DNA of 64,000 nt from Candidatus Moranbacteria bacterium GW2011_GWA2_39_41 (GTDB taxonomy: Bacteria; Patescibacteriota; Minisyncoccia; Moranbacterales; UBA2206), in assembly GCA_000995125.1 (NCBI GenBank), contig LBXA01000001.1, positions 15,511 through 79,510 on the forward strand, given 5' to 3'. Numbering within the stretch: the stretch's first letter is position 1; each line of letters opens with the position of its first letter. This document shows, piece by piece, positions 55,303 to 64,000 of this stretch. Position numbers and translations under genes: made by a program. A model generated the notes under the pieces. That model was not told where the DNA came from and did not search any database. It saw only the letters and a program-made list of their open reading frames with translations.

Positions 55303-56825
55303 TTACTCCACCGATACACACCAATGTCACCGCGCACCGCGATGGCATTTATTTTTTCCAAGTTTTTCTCAACATATTTTTGCACATCTTCGGAGATATA
55401 ATCTTTGTCATTGCCAGAATATATAAACCAGCCGGACAGATTCTCACTCATGATTTTCTGCAACTCTGTTAAGTTGAATTTTTCTTGTGACAATTCCCCA
55501 CCAAAATCAAAGGTTACAACTTTCTGTCCACTCCAATAATAATTGCGGAAATCTCGAGTGATCAAAACATCATTCGGTTTTTTGTTTTTCTTGAAATAGG
55601 TGAAAACACTACGATAGTTCGGATTTTCTGAACGCGAGGTTTGCTGATAGACACTGTTTTCTTGGAAAAAATAGGCATAATTTGGCAAAATCAAGAAAGC
55701 TACAATAATTGCGATATAAAATGGTTTTTTATTATACTTCAACAAACTGTCTTGGAAAAACACGGCCACTGCATAAATTCCCGTTGCAATCAAAATCATT
55801 TCGAAAGATTGGATGAAGAAGATATATTGTTCACCTACATTTCTACGCCACATAAAAATGGCAAACAGTAGTGGCACGAAAAATGAAATCGACAGCCACA
55901 AAGCTTCTTTGCCCAAGAATCTTGTTTTGACTAAATAATAAATTCCGAGTATTGCAAAAGCAATCGCAATCAAAACATCATTATAATCCCGTAAAACGAT
56001 AGCCAAATAACTCCAATGTGTGGTGAAGAAAACTAAGGTTCCTAAAAATTGTGCCACTAAGTCTTTGGCAAAAATTTCAACCAAAACAAATCCCGCCACA
56101 GCTATGGCCAACATCACCGCATACTTATTTTGCCATGATTTTGTTTTGCGATAGACACTTGCCAAACGCACAACAAGATACACTGCGACAACAATGGCAA
56201 TATTAGCGGTGAGTTGATGCAAGTGGAAACTCAGTGCTCCCAGTGTCAGTATCGGCATCAAATACATCAAATTCAATCCGTATTCAACATTAACTTTTTT
56301 TATCCAAGCCACATTGCCCTCGTATTTTCTTTCCAAAAATTTGAAAGTTGACCACGAAAACAACAAAAAGATTGGAAAAAACATCGCATACATTCGCACA
56401 TGTCGATCAAAAATGATACCAGAAACACTCAAGGCAAACAAAGTTGCGCTCAATAGACCGATAGCTCGTTTCTTGGTGAAGCTGGTTGCCACCAAATACA
56501 TCGCACCAATGGAAATCATACCCCAAAAAACACTCACGGCGCGAGCTGTAGTCTCTGTAGGTGGAAAGAATTTATATAATTGTGCCATTTGCCAGCGATA
56601 AATCCAGGCACGCTCATCACTTGGGTCATTCAAGCGCTCTGCTGAGGTTTCTAAATTGAAATCCCAAGCATGCCAATCACCAGTTTTGAAATAGCCATAA
56701 CTGGCGTTTACATCCAAAAATTCATCCGCTACAAATGAAGAATTACCCAATTTATACATGCGCAAAAACCCGCCCAACAAAACTACCAAAAACAAAATGG
56801 CAAAGAACTTTTTTTTGTCTAACAT
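55299..56825 (-). CDS. GT-C family glycosyltransferase (ArnT/PMT-like, GT39/GT83)
   Basis: N-terminus FLRMYKLGNSSFVADEF carries the DE motif in the first extracytoplasmic loop. The protein is polytopic. Confidence 0.65.
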   Translation of the reverse strand: MLDKKKFFAILFLVVLLGGFLRMYKLGNSSFVADEFLDVNASYGYFKTGDWHAWDFNLETSAERLNDPSDERAWIYRWQMAQLYKFFPPTETTARAVSVFWGMISIGAMYLVATSFTKKRAIGLLSATLFALSVSGIIFDRHVRMYAMFFPIFLLFSWSTFKFLERKYEGNVAWIKKVNVEYGLNLMYLMPILTLGALSFHLHQLTANIAIVVAVYLVVRLASVYRKTKSWQNKYAVMLAIAVAGFVLVEIFAKDLVAQFLGTLVFFTTHWSYLAIVLRDYNDVLIAIAFAILGIYYLVKTRFLGKEALWLSISFFVPLLFAIFMWRRNVGEQYIFFIQSFEMILIATGIYAVAVFFQDSLLKYNKKPFYIAIIVAFLILPNYAYFFQENSVYQQTSRSENPNYRSVFTYFKKNKKPNDVLITRDFRNYYWSGQKVVTFDFGGELSQEKFNLTELQKIMSENLSGWFIYSGNDKDYISEDVQKYVEKNLEKINAIAVRGDIGVYRWSN

Positions 56826-56842
56826 TTTTTTATATATAATAA

Positions 56843-58600
56843 TTATTCTTCTTCACTGTCTTCAGCAAAAATTTCCTCCCAGCGGAAACGCACTGGCACA
56901 TTTGGGCCACTCTGTGGTTTGCCCTTTGGCCTAAATTCCTGACTGTCGGTGGTAATAAATTCTTTTTTAGGCACCAAATTAAACACTAGCAATGTCCCAA
57001 ATTCTTTTTGACCAATAATTTCAAATTTATCTGTATAATCATCCAGTTCAGCATCCAAATTATCCCCCGATGGATAAATCAGAAAATAATTGCTATCGCG
57101 GTATATCTTGTTGTTGCGCATATCATCGCGCGGAATCTGACGTTGCTCCAGATTATATAAAAAAGCTCGACGATAAAATGGGTCACTATCCAAATAGATC
57201 GGGAAATTATTTTTCTTATAAAATTCTTCCATATAATCAGTAATGATTTCTTGCTGAAGCATGGTCACCCGCTCTTGTTCTTTGAGAATTCTGTCAGCTT
57301 TGATTTTGAAATTTTCAAATGGTGCTCTACTCAATTGCGAAAATCTGGCTTGTGTTTCGCGCAAATTGGAAAACAAAACAATTGCAACAATCACAATCAA
57401 CGCCACAAGTGCAGCTCGCCTATTTTTAATTATCTGGCCAAAAAATTGCAACATCAATCCCAAGAAGATAAATGGCAATCCAGCCACTAGCAAGAAAAAT
57501 CTTGGCGCAAAATCATAGGCAATTGGCGTGAAAGCCACAAAAGAAACGCCAAACCACAAACAAATCAAAATGATGAAATCTCGCTGTGGACTGTTTTCCT
57601 GGCGCCAAACTTTTATCAAATTATATGCCAGCAGGATTATGCCAGCTGAAAACAAAATTATTGACAAGATCCCCATTGGTGTCCCTTTTGTGCAATCTTC
57701 ATCACAAACCAAAACTGCGGGAACAACCTTATAATTAACTTTTGGCAACTCCGCCTTTTGATAACTACTCACCAACAATAAATAGCTGAGTGAATTTTCT
57801 TTATAATTTCGAACAGCCTTTTCAAAAAGAGAATTGTCGTTTTTAGTTGATTTCTTGGTGAAAACTTTGGCAAATTGCTTGATATTTGCCCCGCCTGTGC
57901 CAAAATCATTCACAATCGGCGGAATATACAGAACCACGAAAATCAAGACTGCTGCAAACCAATGAATCAGTCTCAATCTCGGTCGCTTAATCACTAGAAA
58001 AACCACAGTCACCATTGGCACCACCAAGAACGCCACGAAATGCAATTGAGTAGTGATGGCCATTGCGCCAGACGCCACCGCCGCCCACCAACCCTTTCTT
58101 TTTTCATCGGGATCAACAGTTTGCAATAGTGCATAGAAAGTCAGCAGGATGAAAAATGGCAAATTGTTCGGGTTCCACGCAAAACGCGAATACATAATCA
58201 AAAAAAGTGAGGTGGAAAAAACCGCCAAAAGTGCCATAGATATTTTTCGCTCAAAATATCTACGCACAAAAAGATAGAACAACGGCAAGGTCAGAATAGA
58301 AAAAATCAGATTGACAGTTGCAATGCCAGCGGGTGTGTTGCCAAAAATTTTGGCACTAATGTATTCAAAATAATAAAAGATTGGTCCCAGCCGCAAAAAT
58401 GACCCGGCCGCCTTGGGTCCCAAAAGTGGCAAATTCGCTGCGCCTTCCTCCACTGCCAAATCAATCACTATAGCATCGCGAGACTGATCTAACTCGAAAT
58501 GCAACCAATCCGCAAAATGATAGACGCGTAAGAACGTTCCCAGCGCCAAAATAGCCACAATCAACCCCACAAACCAATACTTTTTGAAATAATTATTCAC
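56843..58600 (-). CDS. GT-C family glycosyltransferase (ArnT/PMT-like)
   Basis: N-terminus ALGTFLRVYHFADWLHFELDQSRDAIVI. The protein is polytopic with a C-terminal soluble domain. Confidence 0.6.
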   Translation of the reverse strand: MNNYFKKYWFVGLIVAILALGTFLRVYHFADWLHFELDQSRDAIVIDLAVEEGAANLPLLGPKAAGSFLRLGPIFYYFEYISAKIFGNTPAGIATVNLIFSILTLPLFYLFVRRYFERKISMALLAVFSTSLFLIMYSRFAWNPNNLPFFILLTFYALLQTVDPDEKRKGWWAAVASGAMAITTQLHFVAFLVVPMVTVVFLVIKRPRLRLIHWFAAVLIFVVLYIPPIVNDFGTGGANIKQFAKVFTKKSTKNDNSLFEKAVRNYKENSLSYLLLVSSYQKAELPKVNYKVVPAVLVCDEDCTKGTPMGILSIILFSAGIILLAYNLIKVWRQENSPQRDFIILICLWFGVSFVAFTPIAYDFAPRFFLLVAGLPFIFLGLMLQFFGQIIKNRRAALVALIVIVAIVLFSNLRETQARFSQLSRAPFENFKIKADRILKEQERVTMLQQEIITDYMEEFYKKNNFPIYLDSDPFYRRAFLYNLEQRQIPRDDMRNNKIYRDSNYFLIYPSGDNLDAELDDYTDKFEIIGQKEFGTLLVFNLVPKKEFITTDSQEFRPKGKPQSGPNVPVRFRWEEIFAEDSEEE

Positions 58601-58684
58601 TTTGTTTTTTTCCTTAATTTATAGTAAAATAAGCCTTGTAAGCTACTTCTATTTTATTACATAATCCGTAACAAATCAAACGTC

Positions 58685-60961
58685 ATGTTAAATCAATTGC
58701 GAGAGTTTTTCAAAGACCAGACCAATCTATTGCTGCTATTCCTGTCCACTCTACTCGGCCTAAATTCCCTCTTTTTTCTGGCCTCCCAAGAAAAAGTCTT
58801 TCGTCTGCTCCACAATTCATTTGACCTCAATATATTTTATTTTGCCTATTTGCTAATTTCAGCCATTGGCATTGGCTTTTATTTACTAAAAAATAAATTG
58901 AACTTGTCACATTTCTTGGAAAAAATGTTGCTTTTATTTCTGCCAACAGAAATTATTTTTATGTATGGCTTGCAAAAAACCACCGAACTTAATCCAAACA
59001 TCGGTATGATCAACGCCATATATGCTCTAGCACTAGCATTGTTCATCGTCCTACGCGGCTTGAATAGCGATAAACGGATCCTAACTGAAAACACTCAGCC
59101 AAAAACAAAAAACTCAGCGCTAATTGCAATCGCAATTTTTTCCATCATGTTGACTTCGCTCTTATTTGGCAATTATCACATCGGCAAAATGGCTATCGTT
59201 GATGAACCGCTTTGGACTTTTGATCGCATTCCAGATTTTTGGAAAAATGTCGGGGAAAAAGATTGGTACAACAGTCGGGTCAGTGACAAACCGGGCCTGA
59301 CTGTGGCCGTCCTGTCTGGCACTGGTCTTTTTTTCGAAAAAAATCCGCAATATTTTGAAAATATGCCGTGGGTTAACAATGAAATTATATCAGAAAAATC
59401 TATTGAAAATTTTAATTATGCTTTCCGCTTTCCAATTTGGCTTTTTGTTATCCTGTCACTGCCAATTTTTTACCTCCTGCTCAAAAAACTAATTGGACAA
59501 ACTAGCGCGCTTTTATCAATCACTTTCATTGGACTTTCTCCAATTATGCTTGGCAATGCCAGAATCATCAATCCTGATTCAATTCTGTGGATTTTTGTGA
59601 CACTTTCCATCATCACCTATCTAATTTATCTCCGAAGCATTCGAAAAACTGATCTTTTTTTGAGCGCGCTTTTTTTGAGTCTTGGTATTCTCACCAAATA
59701 CACGGCCAATATTCTCTATTTCTTTTTTTTGGCGCTTATTTTTGCCGAATACATTTTCAATCACGCCAAATATTCTCAAGAATCTTTCTATATCTATCTT
59801 AAAAAACATCTGCTAAATTATTGTTTGCTAGTTGCACTGTCTTTTGCAATTTTCTATGCTTGCTACCCAGGCGTTTGGGAAAAACCAAGTCGAGTCCTGA
59901 TTGGCACCATTTACAGCCAAGCCTTCGAACCACTCTGGCCATTCTTCGCCAGCCTCCTAGGATTTATCTTGCTAGACCTCTTACTGTTTAAAAGTTTCCT
60001 AATGAGCGCGGTTGTGAAATTTTTTGTAAAATTCAAACGGGCATTGTTTGTTGGCATCAGCAGTCTTTTTCTAGCATCTATCCTAGCCACTCTCACCAAT
60101 GTCTATCTCAGCATGAAGTTTTTTGATTTTGAAAATATCCTCGCTTCGCCAAAATCATCTTTTGCCGCCACTAGCGTACTTGGTTTTTTCTTGTCCAATT
60201 TTTATCCAATGATTTTTGGAATTTCTGTTGTTGCTCTGTTAGCAATCATGGCCTTTCTAGTTTTAGCCCTGCAGAATAAAGCTAAATTAAATCAACAATC
60301 TGTCCTGACCGCTTTCTATTTGATGCTATTTATTATCGCCTACTATCTTGGCGCCGTGGCGTCACATGTCGCTTCCATCATTCGCTATCAAATAGTCGTC
60401 TTTCCGATTATTTTCATCATTGCCGGCATTGCTTGTAGTGAGATTTTTCGACTGTTCGTCTTGAAAAAAAATGATGACGCCCAAAAAATATTCAGCAAAC
60501 AAATTGTATTTTTTGTTGGATTGTTGATTGTGCTTTTCACTTCTCTGTGGCAAAGTAAACCATTTTATATGAGTTATGTTTCTGCTCTACTACCAGAAAA
60601 ATATTATCTCGATATTAAGGATATGGGTGAAGGTAGCTATGAGGCGGCTCATTATCTCAACTCTTTGCCCAATGCTCATAATTTAAATATCTGGACAGAC
60701 AAACAGGGTGTCTGTGTCTTTTTTGTCGGCAAATGTCATTCGGCGCTTTCGGCCAAAACTTTTGCTACCCGTCAGATTGACTATTTCGTCGTCTCCTCTG
60801 GTCGCAAGAGTCGCACCACCAAAATGAGTGGCATCATTTCAATCAATGGCGCCTCATTTATGGATATCTATAACAGTGAGAATTTTGTGCAAAAAATAGA
60901 ATTGGGTGGCCGACCTAATAATTTCGTTAAAATTGTTGAAACTAATTCCATCAAAAAATAA
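58685..60961 (+). CDS. Large GT-C-like polytopic membrane protein, first of two tandem paralogs
   Basis: DEPLWTFDRIP...DKPGLTVAVLSG...KYTANIL...EAAHYLNSLPNAHNLNIWTD...GVCVFFVGKC are shared with the next gene. Confidence 0.55.
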   Translation: MLNQLREFFKDQTNLLLLFLSTLLGLNSLFFLASQEKVFRLLHNSFDLNIFYFAYLLISAIGIGFYLLKNKLNLSHFLEKMLLLFLPTEIIFMYGLQKTTELNPNIGMINAIYALALALFIVLRGLNSDKRILTENTQPKTKNSALIAIAIFSIMLTSLLFGNYHIGKMAIVDEPLWTFDRIPDFWKNVGEKDWYNSRVSDKPGLTVAVLSGTGLFFEKNPQYFENMPWVNNEIISEKSIENFNYAFRFPIWLFVILSLPIFYLLLKKLIGQTSALLSITFIGLSPIMLGNARIINPDSILWIFVTLSIITYLIYLRSIRKTDLFLSALFLSLGILTKYTANILYFFFLALIFAEYIFNHAKYSQESFYIYLKKHLLNYCLLVALSFAIFYACYPGVWEKPSRVLIGTIYSQAFEPLWPFFASLLGFILLDLLLFKSFLMSAVVKFFVKFKRALFVGISSLFLASILATLTNVYLSMKFFDFENILASPKSSFAATSVLGFFLSNFYPMIFGISVVALLAIMAFLVLALQNKAKLNQQSVLTAFYLMLFIIAYYLGAVASHVASIIRYQIVVFPIIFIIAGIACSEIFRLFVLKKNDDAQKIFSKQIVFFVGLLIVLFTSLWQSKPFYMSYVSALLPEKYYLDIKDMGEGSYEAAHYLNSLPNAHNLNIWTDKQGVCVFFVGKCHSALSAKTFATRQIDYFVVSSGRKSRTTKMSGIISINGASFMDIYNSENFVQKIELGGRPNNFVKIVETNSIKK

Positions 60962-60962
60962 T

Positions 60963-62801
60963 ATGCAAAATAAAAAAATATCTGTCCTATTTCTACTCAT
61001 TTTGTCTGTGGGACTTTTTTTTGCTTTTGGTTTTCAGCATCTGACGAAATTTGTGACAGCCGATGAGCACTATTGGACCTACGAACGGATCCCGCAATAT
61101 TGGCAAGCACTGAGTGATTTCAATCTCAAAAAAACGCTCATCAATGACAAACCCGGCATCACGGTGGCCATGTTTTCAGGTGTTGGACTCCTCGTAGAAA
61201 AAGATCCGACTAGTCACACCACCAAAGTTGATGCGGATCTGCGAACATTTGATGTTTCCAGAACTGAAAACATCAATCTTGCTTTTCGTTTGCCAATTCT
61301 AATTATTAACAGTCTCCTATTACTATACTTCTTTTGGATTATCAAAAGGGTCACAGAAAATGAATGGATTGCTTTGTGGAGTGTCGTTTTGATGGCGCTT
61401 TCCCCCATTCTCATCGGCATCTCACAAATCATCAATCCCGATGCTTTGTTTTGGTCTTTCAGCGCGGCCGCGATTTTTTCCTATCTAGCTGTCTTGAAAC
61501 ATAATCAAAAGAAATTTGTTTTTCTGACAGCGCTTTTTGTCGGTCTAACCATGCTTTCCAAATACACTGCCAACATTCTTCTGCCTTTTTTCTTTTTCAA
61601 TATTTTTTTCTACTACCTGTTTATCTGCGAAAAATACACCCAGGCTGAAATTAAAAAATATTTTGTCTCGCAAATTTTTAATCTGGCAATCATCGTTGCC
61701 GGCGCGCTAGCTGTCATTGCCATTTTCCTGCCCGCCATCATCATCAAACCAATTTACCTCTATCGTTTGACTCTGGGCTTTGGAGCTATGCAATCAATCG
61801 TCTGGACAATTACTATTGTGTCTATAATCTTCCTGCTCGATCAATTCATTTTTAGAAGCACACTTTCACTTTGGCTAAAAAAATATTCTCAGACATTCAT
61901 CACGATTTCAAAAATTGTATTAGCTCTGGTTTTTTCAATTTTTGTCATATTGCTTGTTGGTCGCAATGTTGTTCAGCATTGGCAACTTTTTGAAATGGTG
62001 CCCTTTGATGTAAAAGAATTGAAATATATTGATGACTATGGCTATTCCATCACGCTGTGGGAAAAATTTCTTTTTGAATTCAATCCACTAGTTTTTTCTA
62101 TCACACCGATTGCATTGTTGGCTGTGTTATTTGTTTGGCTCAAAACATTTTTCACCAAAAAATCATCCGAGGCTTTCTTGGTTATTTCTGCCACATCTTT
62201 TATTCTGATTTATTACACCGCTTCAGTTATCATAGGCATTACCTCTATCGTCCGCTATAGCATCATCCTTTATCCGATGATTGCTTTTCTGGGTGGCATC
62301 GGACTTTGGCAAATTTCTCAAAAAATAAAAATCAAGAATGTTCTCAATTTAAATATTGCTATCACCCTCATCTTGATAATCTTTTCTTCAGCTATCGTCT
62401 TTTCCATCAAGCCTTTCTATTTCAACTACACTGGTTCACTCTTGCCTAAAAAAGATTTGATTTCTGATGCTTGGGGCTATGGCGGTTATGAAGCAGCACA
62501 ATATCTCAATGCCTTGCCCAATGCTAAAAACATCACCATCTGGGCAGATTATTATGGTGTTTGTGAATTTTTTGTCGGCAGATGTATCACTGATTACAAT
62601 CTAGAGACTGGGCAATATTCTTTAGACTATTTAGCCCTGACTCGTCGCGGACAAATCCGCTACCTACAAAACAATGCCAAATGGCTTGAAAAAGAAACTG
62701 GAATCAAAGTTGCAGAAGATTACAACGATCCCAATCCAGTCTGGAAAATAGAAATCGGAAATCGTCCAGACAACTTCATTAAGATTATGAAAAAATACTA
62801 A
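60963..62801 (+). CDS. Large GT-C-like polytopic membrane protein, second tandem paralog
   Basis: DEHYWTYERIP...DKPGITVAMFSG...KYTANIL...EAAQYLNALPNAKNITIWAD...GVCEFFVGRC. The start is taken at MQNKK to avoid overlap with the previous gene. Confidence 0.55.
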   Translation: MQNKKISVLFLLILSVGLFFAFGFQHLTKFVTADEHYWTYERIPQYWQALSDFNLKKTLINDKPGITVAMFSGVGLLVEKDPTSHTTKVDADLRTFDVSRTENINLAFRLPILIINSLLLLYFFWIIKRVTENEWIALWSVVLMALSPILIGISQIINPDALFWSFSAAAIFSYLAVLKHNQKKFVFLTALFVGLTMLSKYTANILLPFFFFNIFFYYLFICEKYTQAEIKKYFVSQIFNLAIIVAGALAVIAIFLPAIIIKPIYLYRLTLGFGAMQSIVWTITIVSIIFLLDQFIFRSTLSLWLKKYSQTFITISKIVLALVFSIFVILLVGRNVVQHWQLFEMVPFDVKELKYIDDYGYSITLWEKFLFEFNPLVFSITPIALLAVLFVWLKTFFTKKSSEAFLVISATSFILIYYTASVIIGITSIVRYSIILYPMIAFLGGIGLWQISQKIKIKNVLNLNIAITLILIIFSSAIVFSIKPFYFNYTGSLLPKKDLISDAWGYGGYEAAQYLNALPNAKNITIWADYYGVCEFFVGRCITDYNLETGQYSLDYLALTRRGQIRYLQNNAKWLEKETGIKVAEDYNDPNPVWKIEIGNRPDNFIKIMKKY

Positions 62802-62815
62802 CGAAAAACAAAAAA

Positions 62816-62840
62816 CGAGATTGCAATCTCGTTTTTTTTT
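62816..62840. terminator. Bidirectional Rho-independent terminator (cgagatt-gc-aatctcg followed by T9)
   Basis: Read directly from the sequence. Confidence 0.6.
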
Positions 62841-62855
62841 ATTCACAAGAATGAT

Positions 62856-63797
62856 TTACTTATTCTTCAAATACACCGGCAAAGCCAAGAAACTTAGGAG
62901 CATTTGGAGAAAGCGACTGAGGATAGCTACGGTGATGACTAGCGCCGGACTGATACCAAAGAAACCAAAGAATGTGACATAAGCCCATTCCTTCACGCCG
63001 ATATTGTTAATGCTAATTGGGATAGCGGAAACGAAGCTAATGAGGAATATAACTGACAAGAAATCTAGGACATTTATTTTGGCTCCCAGAGCCAAAAATA
63101 GCACGAAATTGGTCAAAGCTAGTCCAATTATGCCAAAGGCCACAGAAGCTGCCACAGCACGCCACAGCACGCCTGAATTGCTGTGATAATTGGTCATTTC
63201 GGTCAAAAAATTCAAGATTTTCTCTGGCACATATTTAGCCACTCCTAACTTGTGCAATGACAACTTTTTCCAAAAAGAAAAATTTCTAGTAGCAAAGAAC
63301 AATAGAATAAGCATTATTCCAATTAGCACACCCAGATTGAGAACAACCAGAATGTGCTTGGACAAAACCGTGCTGAAATTTAACAGCGAAAAAAACAAAG
63401 TCAGCACCATCGCTCCAAAAAGACCCGTCAAGCGATCCATTACTACCGATGAAGCGGCCTGCGAATATTTCTTTTCAGTCTTACCAATTTGATAGGCACG
63501 AAAAGTGTCCCCACCAATGAATGACGGCATAAAATTATTAATAAAAGTTCCAGCTAAATAAAATTTGAAAAAATCACGCAGTGGCAAATGAATGCCCTTG
63601 AACTCGGCTAGTTTTTTCCACTTATGAGCTGATACAACAATTCCTGCAATTAAAACGAAAAAATACAGGATAATATATTTTATTTCAACTTTACTCAGCA
63701 GCGTCAAAACTTCCTGCCAATCAACTTTAAAAACAATCCAAAAAAGAAAAAGCAAACTAACTGTTATTTTCAATAAAAATTTTAATTTCTTGTTCAT
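62856..63797 (-). CDS. Flippase-like / lysylphosphatidylglycerol-synthase-TM-domain family (UPF0104) membrane protein
   Basis: 313 aa with about 8 predicted TM helices. FYLAGTFINNFMPSFIGGDTFRAY resembles the UPF0104 motif. Confidence 0.55.
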   Translation of the reverse strand: MNKKLKFLLKITVSLLFLFWIVFKVDWQEVLTLLSKVEIKYIILYFFVLIAGIVVSAHKWKKLAEFKGIHLPLRDFFKFYLAGTFINNFMPSFIGGDTFRAYQIGKTEKKYSQAASSVVMDRLTGLFGAMVLTLFFSLLNFSTVLSKHILVVLNLGVLIGIMLILLFFATRNFSFWKKLSLHKLGVAKYVPEKILNFLTEMTNYHSNSGVLWRAVAASVAFGIIGLALTNFVLFLALGAKINVLDFLSVIFLISFVSAIPISINNIGVKEWAYVTFFGFFGISPALVITVAILSRFLQMLLSFLALPVYLKNK

Positions 63798-63808
63798 TCG
63801 TTAATCCA

Positions 63809-64000
63809 CTAATCCTTTAATTTTTTAATTTTTCCATAGAGTTCGAAGTATTGTTGCGCCACCTGCCCCCAGCTCATTGTTTCCGCCACTTTGCGACTTG
63901 CTTGTCCCATCTTTGCGCACAATTCTGGATTGGAAATAATCGCTTCAATTTTTTCTGCCAAATCTTCAACATTGCCCATCTCAATCACCAAGCCATTTTG
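63809..64000 (-). CDS. Glycosyltransferase (GT4-like) C-terminal fragment, continuing beyond the window
   Basis: The C-terminal region MVIEMGNVEDLAEKIEAIISNPELCAKMGQASRKVAETMSW is typical of a GT-B C-terminus. Confidence 0.45.
   Translation of the reverse strand, partial: QNGLVIEMGNVEDLAEKIEAIISNPELCAKMGQASRKVAETMSWGQVAQQYFELYGKIKKLKD

Noticed and set aside
1-64000. Mobile genetic elements (IS elements, integrases, prophage)
   Set aside because: No transposase, integrase or phage structural motifs were recognised in any frame. The inverted and direct repeats found are short and lack an associated recombinase, so they are reported as repeats or findings only.

Overview
This is an AT-rich window (roughly 35-40% GC) of densely packed, mostly short genes. 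Taxonomic placement is inference only: the content fits a small-genome bacterium of the Patescibacteria/CPR type. Supporting signs are a minimal IscR-IscS-IscU Fe-S system, a short Obg, L27 and SHMT with lysine-rich tails, an archaeal-type UMP kinase and weak Shine-Dalgarno usage.

The window holds two kinds of content. The first is housekeeping: glyA, obg, fmt-def-priA, gltX, pyrG, rpmA, rplI, iscRSU, rtcB and a tmk-like gene. The second is a very large cell-envelope glycan and glycosylation complement. It includes sugar-nucleotide enzymes (RmlA-like, GalU, an NAD-dependent epimerase, a UDP-sugar dehydrogenase). It has at least ten GT4/GT2/GT26 glycosyltransferases, a GtrB-like polyprenyl-phosphate sugar synthase and a GtrA-like protein. 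It also has Wzx and Wzm transporters, an O-antigen-ligase-like protein, an LCP protein, two M23 peptidases and at least six polytopic GT-C (ArnT/PMT-like) membrane proteins, two of them tandem paralogs.

I found no CRISPR array, transposase, integrase or rRNA. One tRNA-like gene is present. It has canonical acceptor, D and T arms but about 50 extra nucleotides in the anticodon arm, and it lies directly downstream of rtcB and a small archease-like ORF.

Several non-coding elements recur. A roughly 150-bp hairpin-containing leader element sits immediately 5' of three unrelated start codons. A roughly 75-bp inverted-repeat pair brackets a 3.2-kb divergent gene pair. There is a GC-rich double-hairpin element and several perfect palindromes. 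Heptanucleotide tandem repeats occur inside CDSs.

All functional calls rest on motif recognition by eye in the translated ORFs. No database search was possible.
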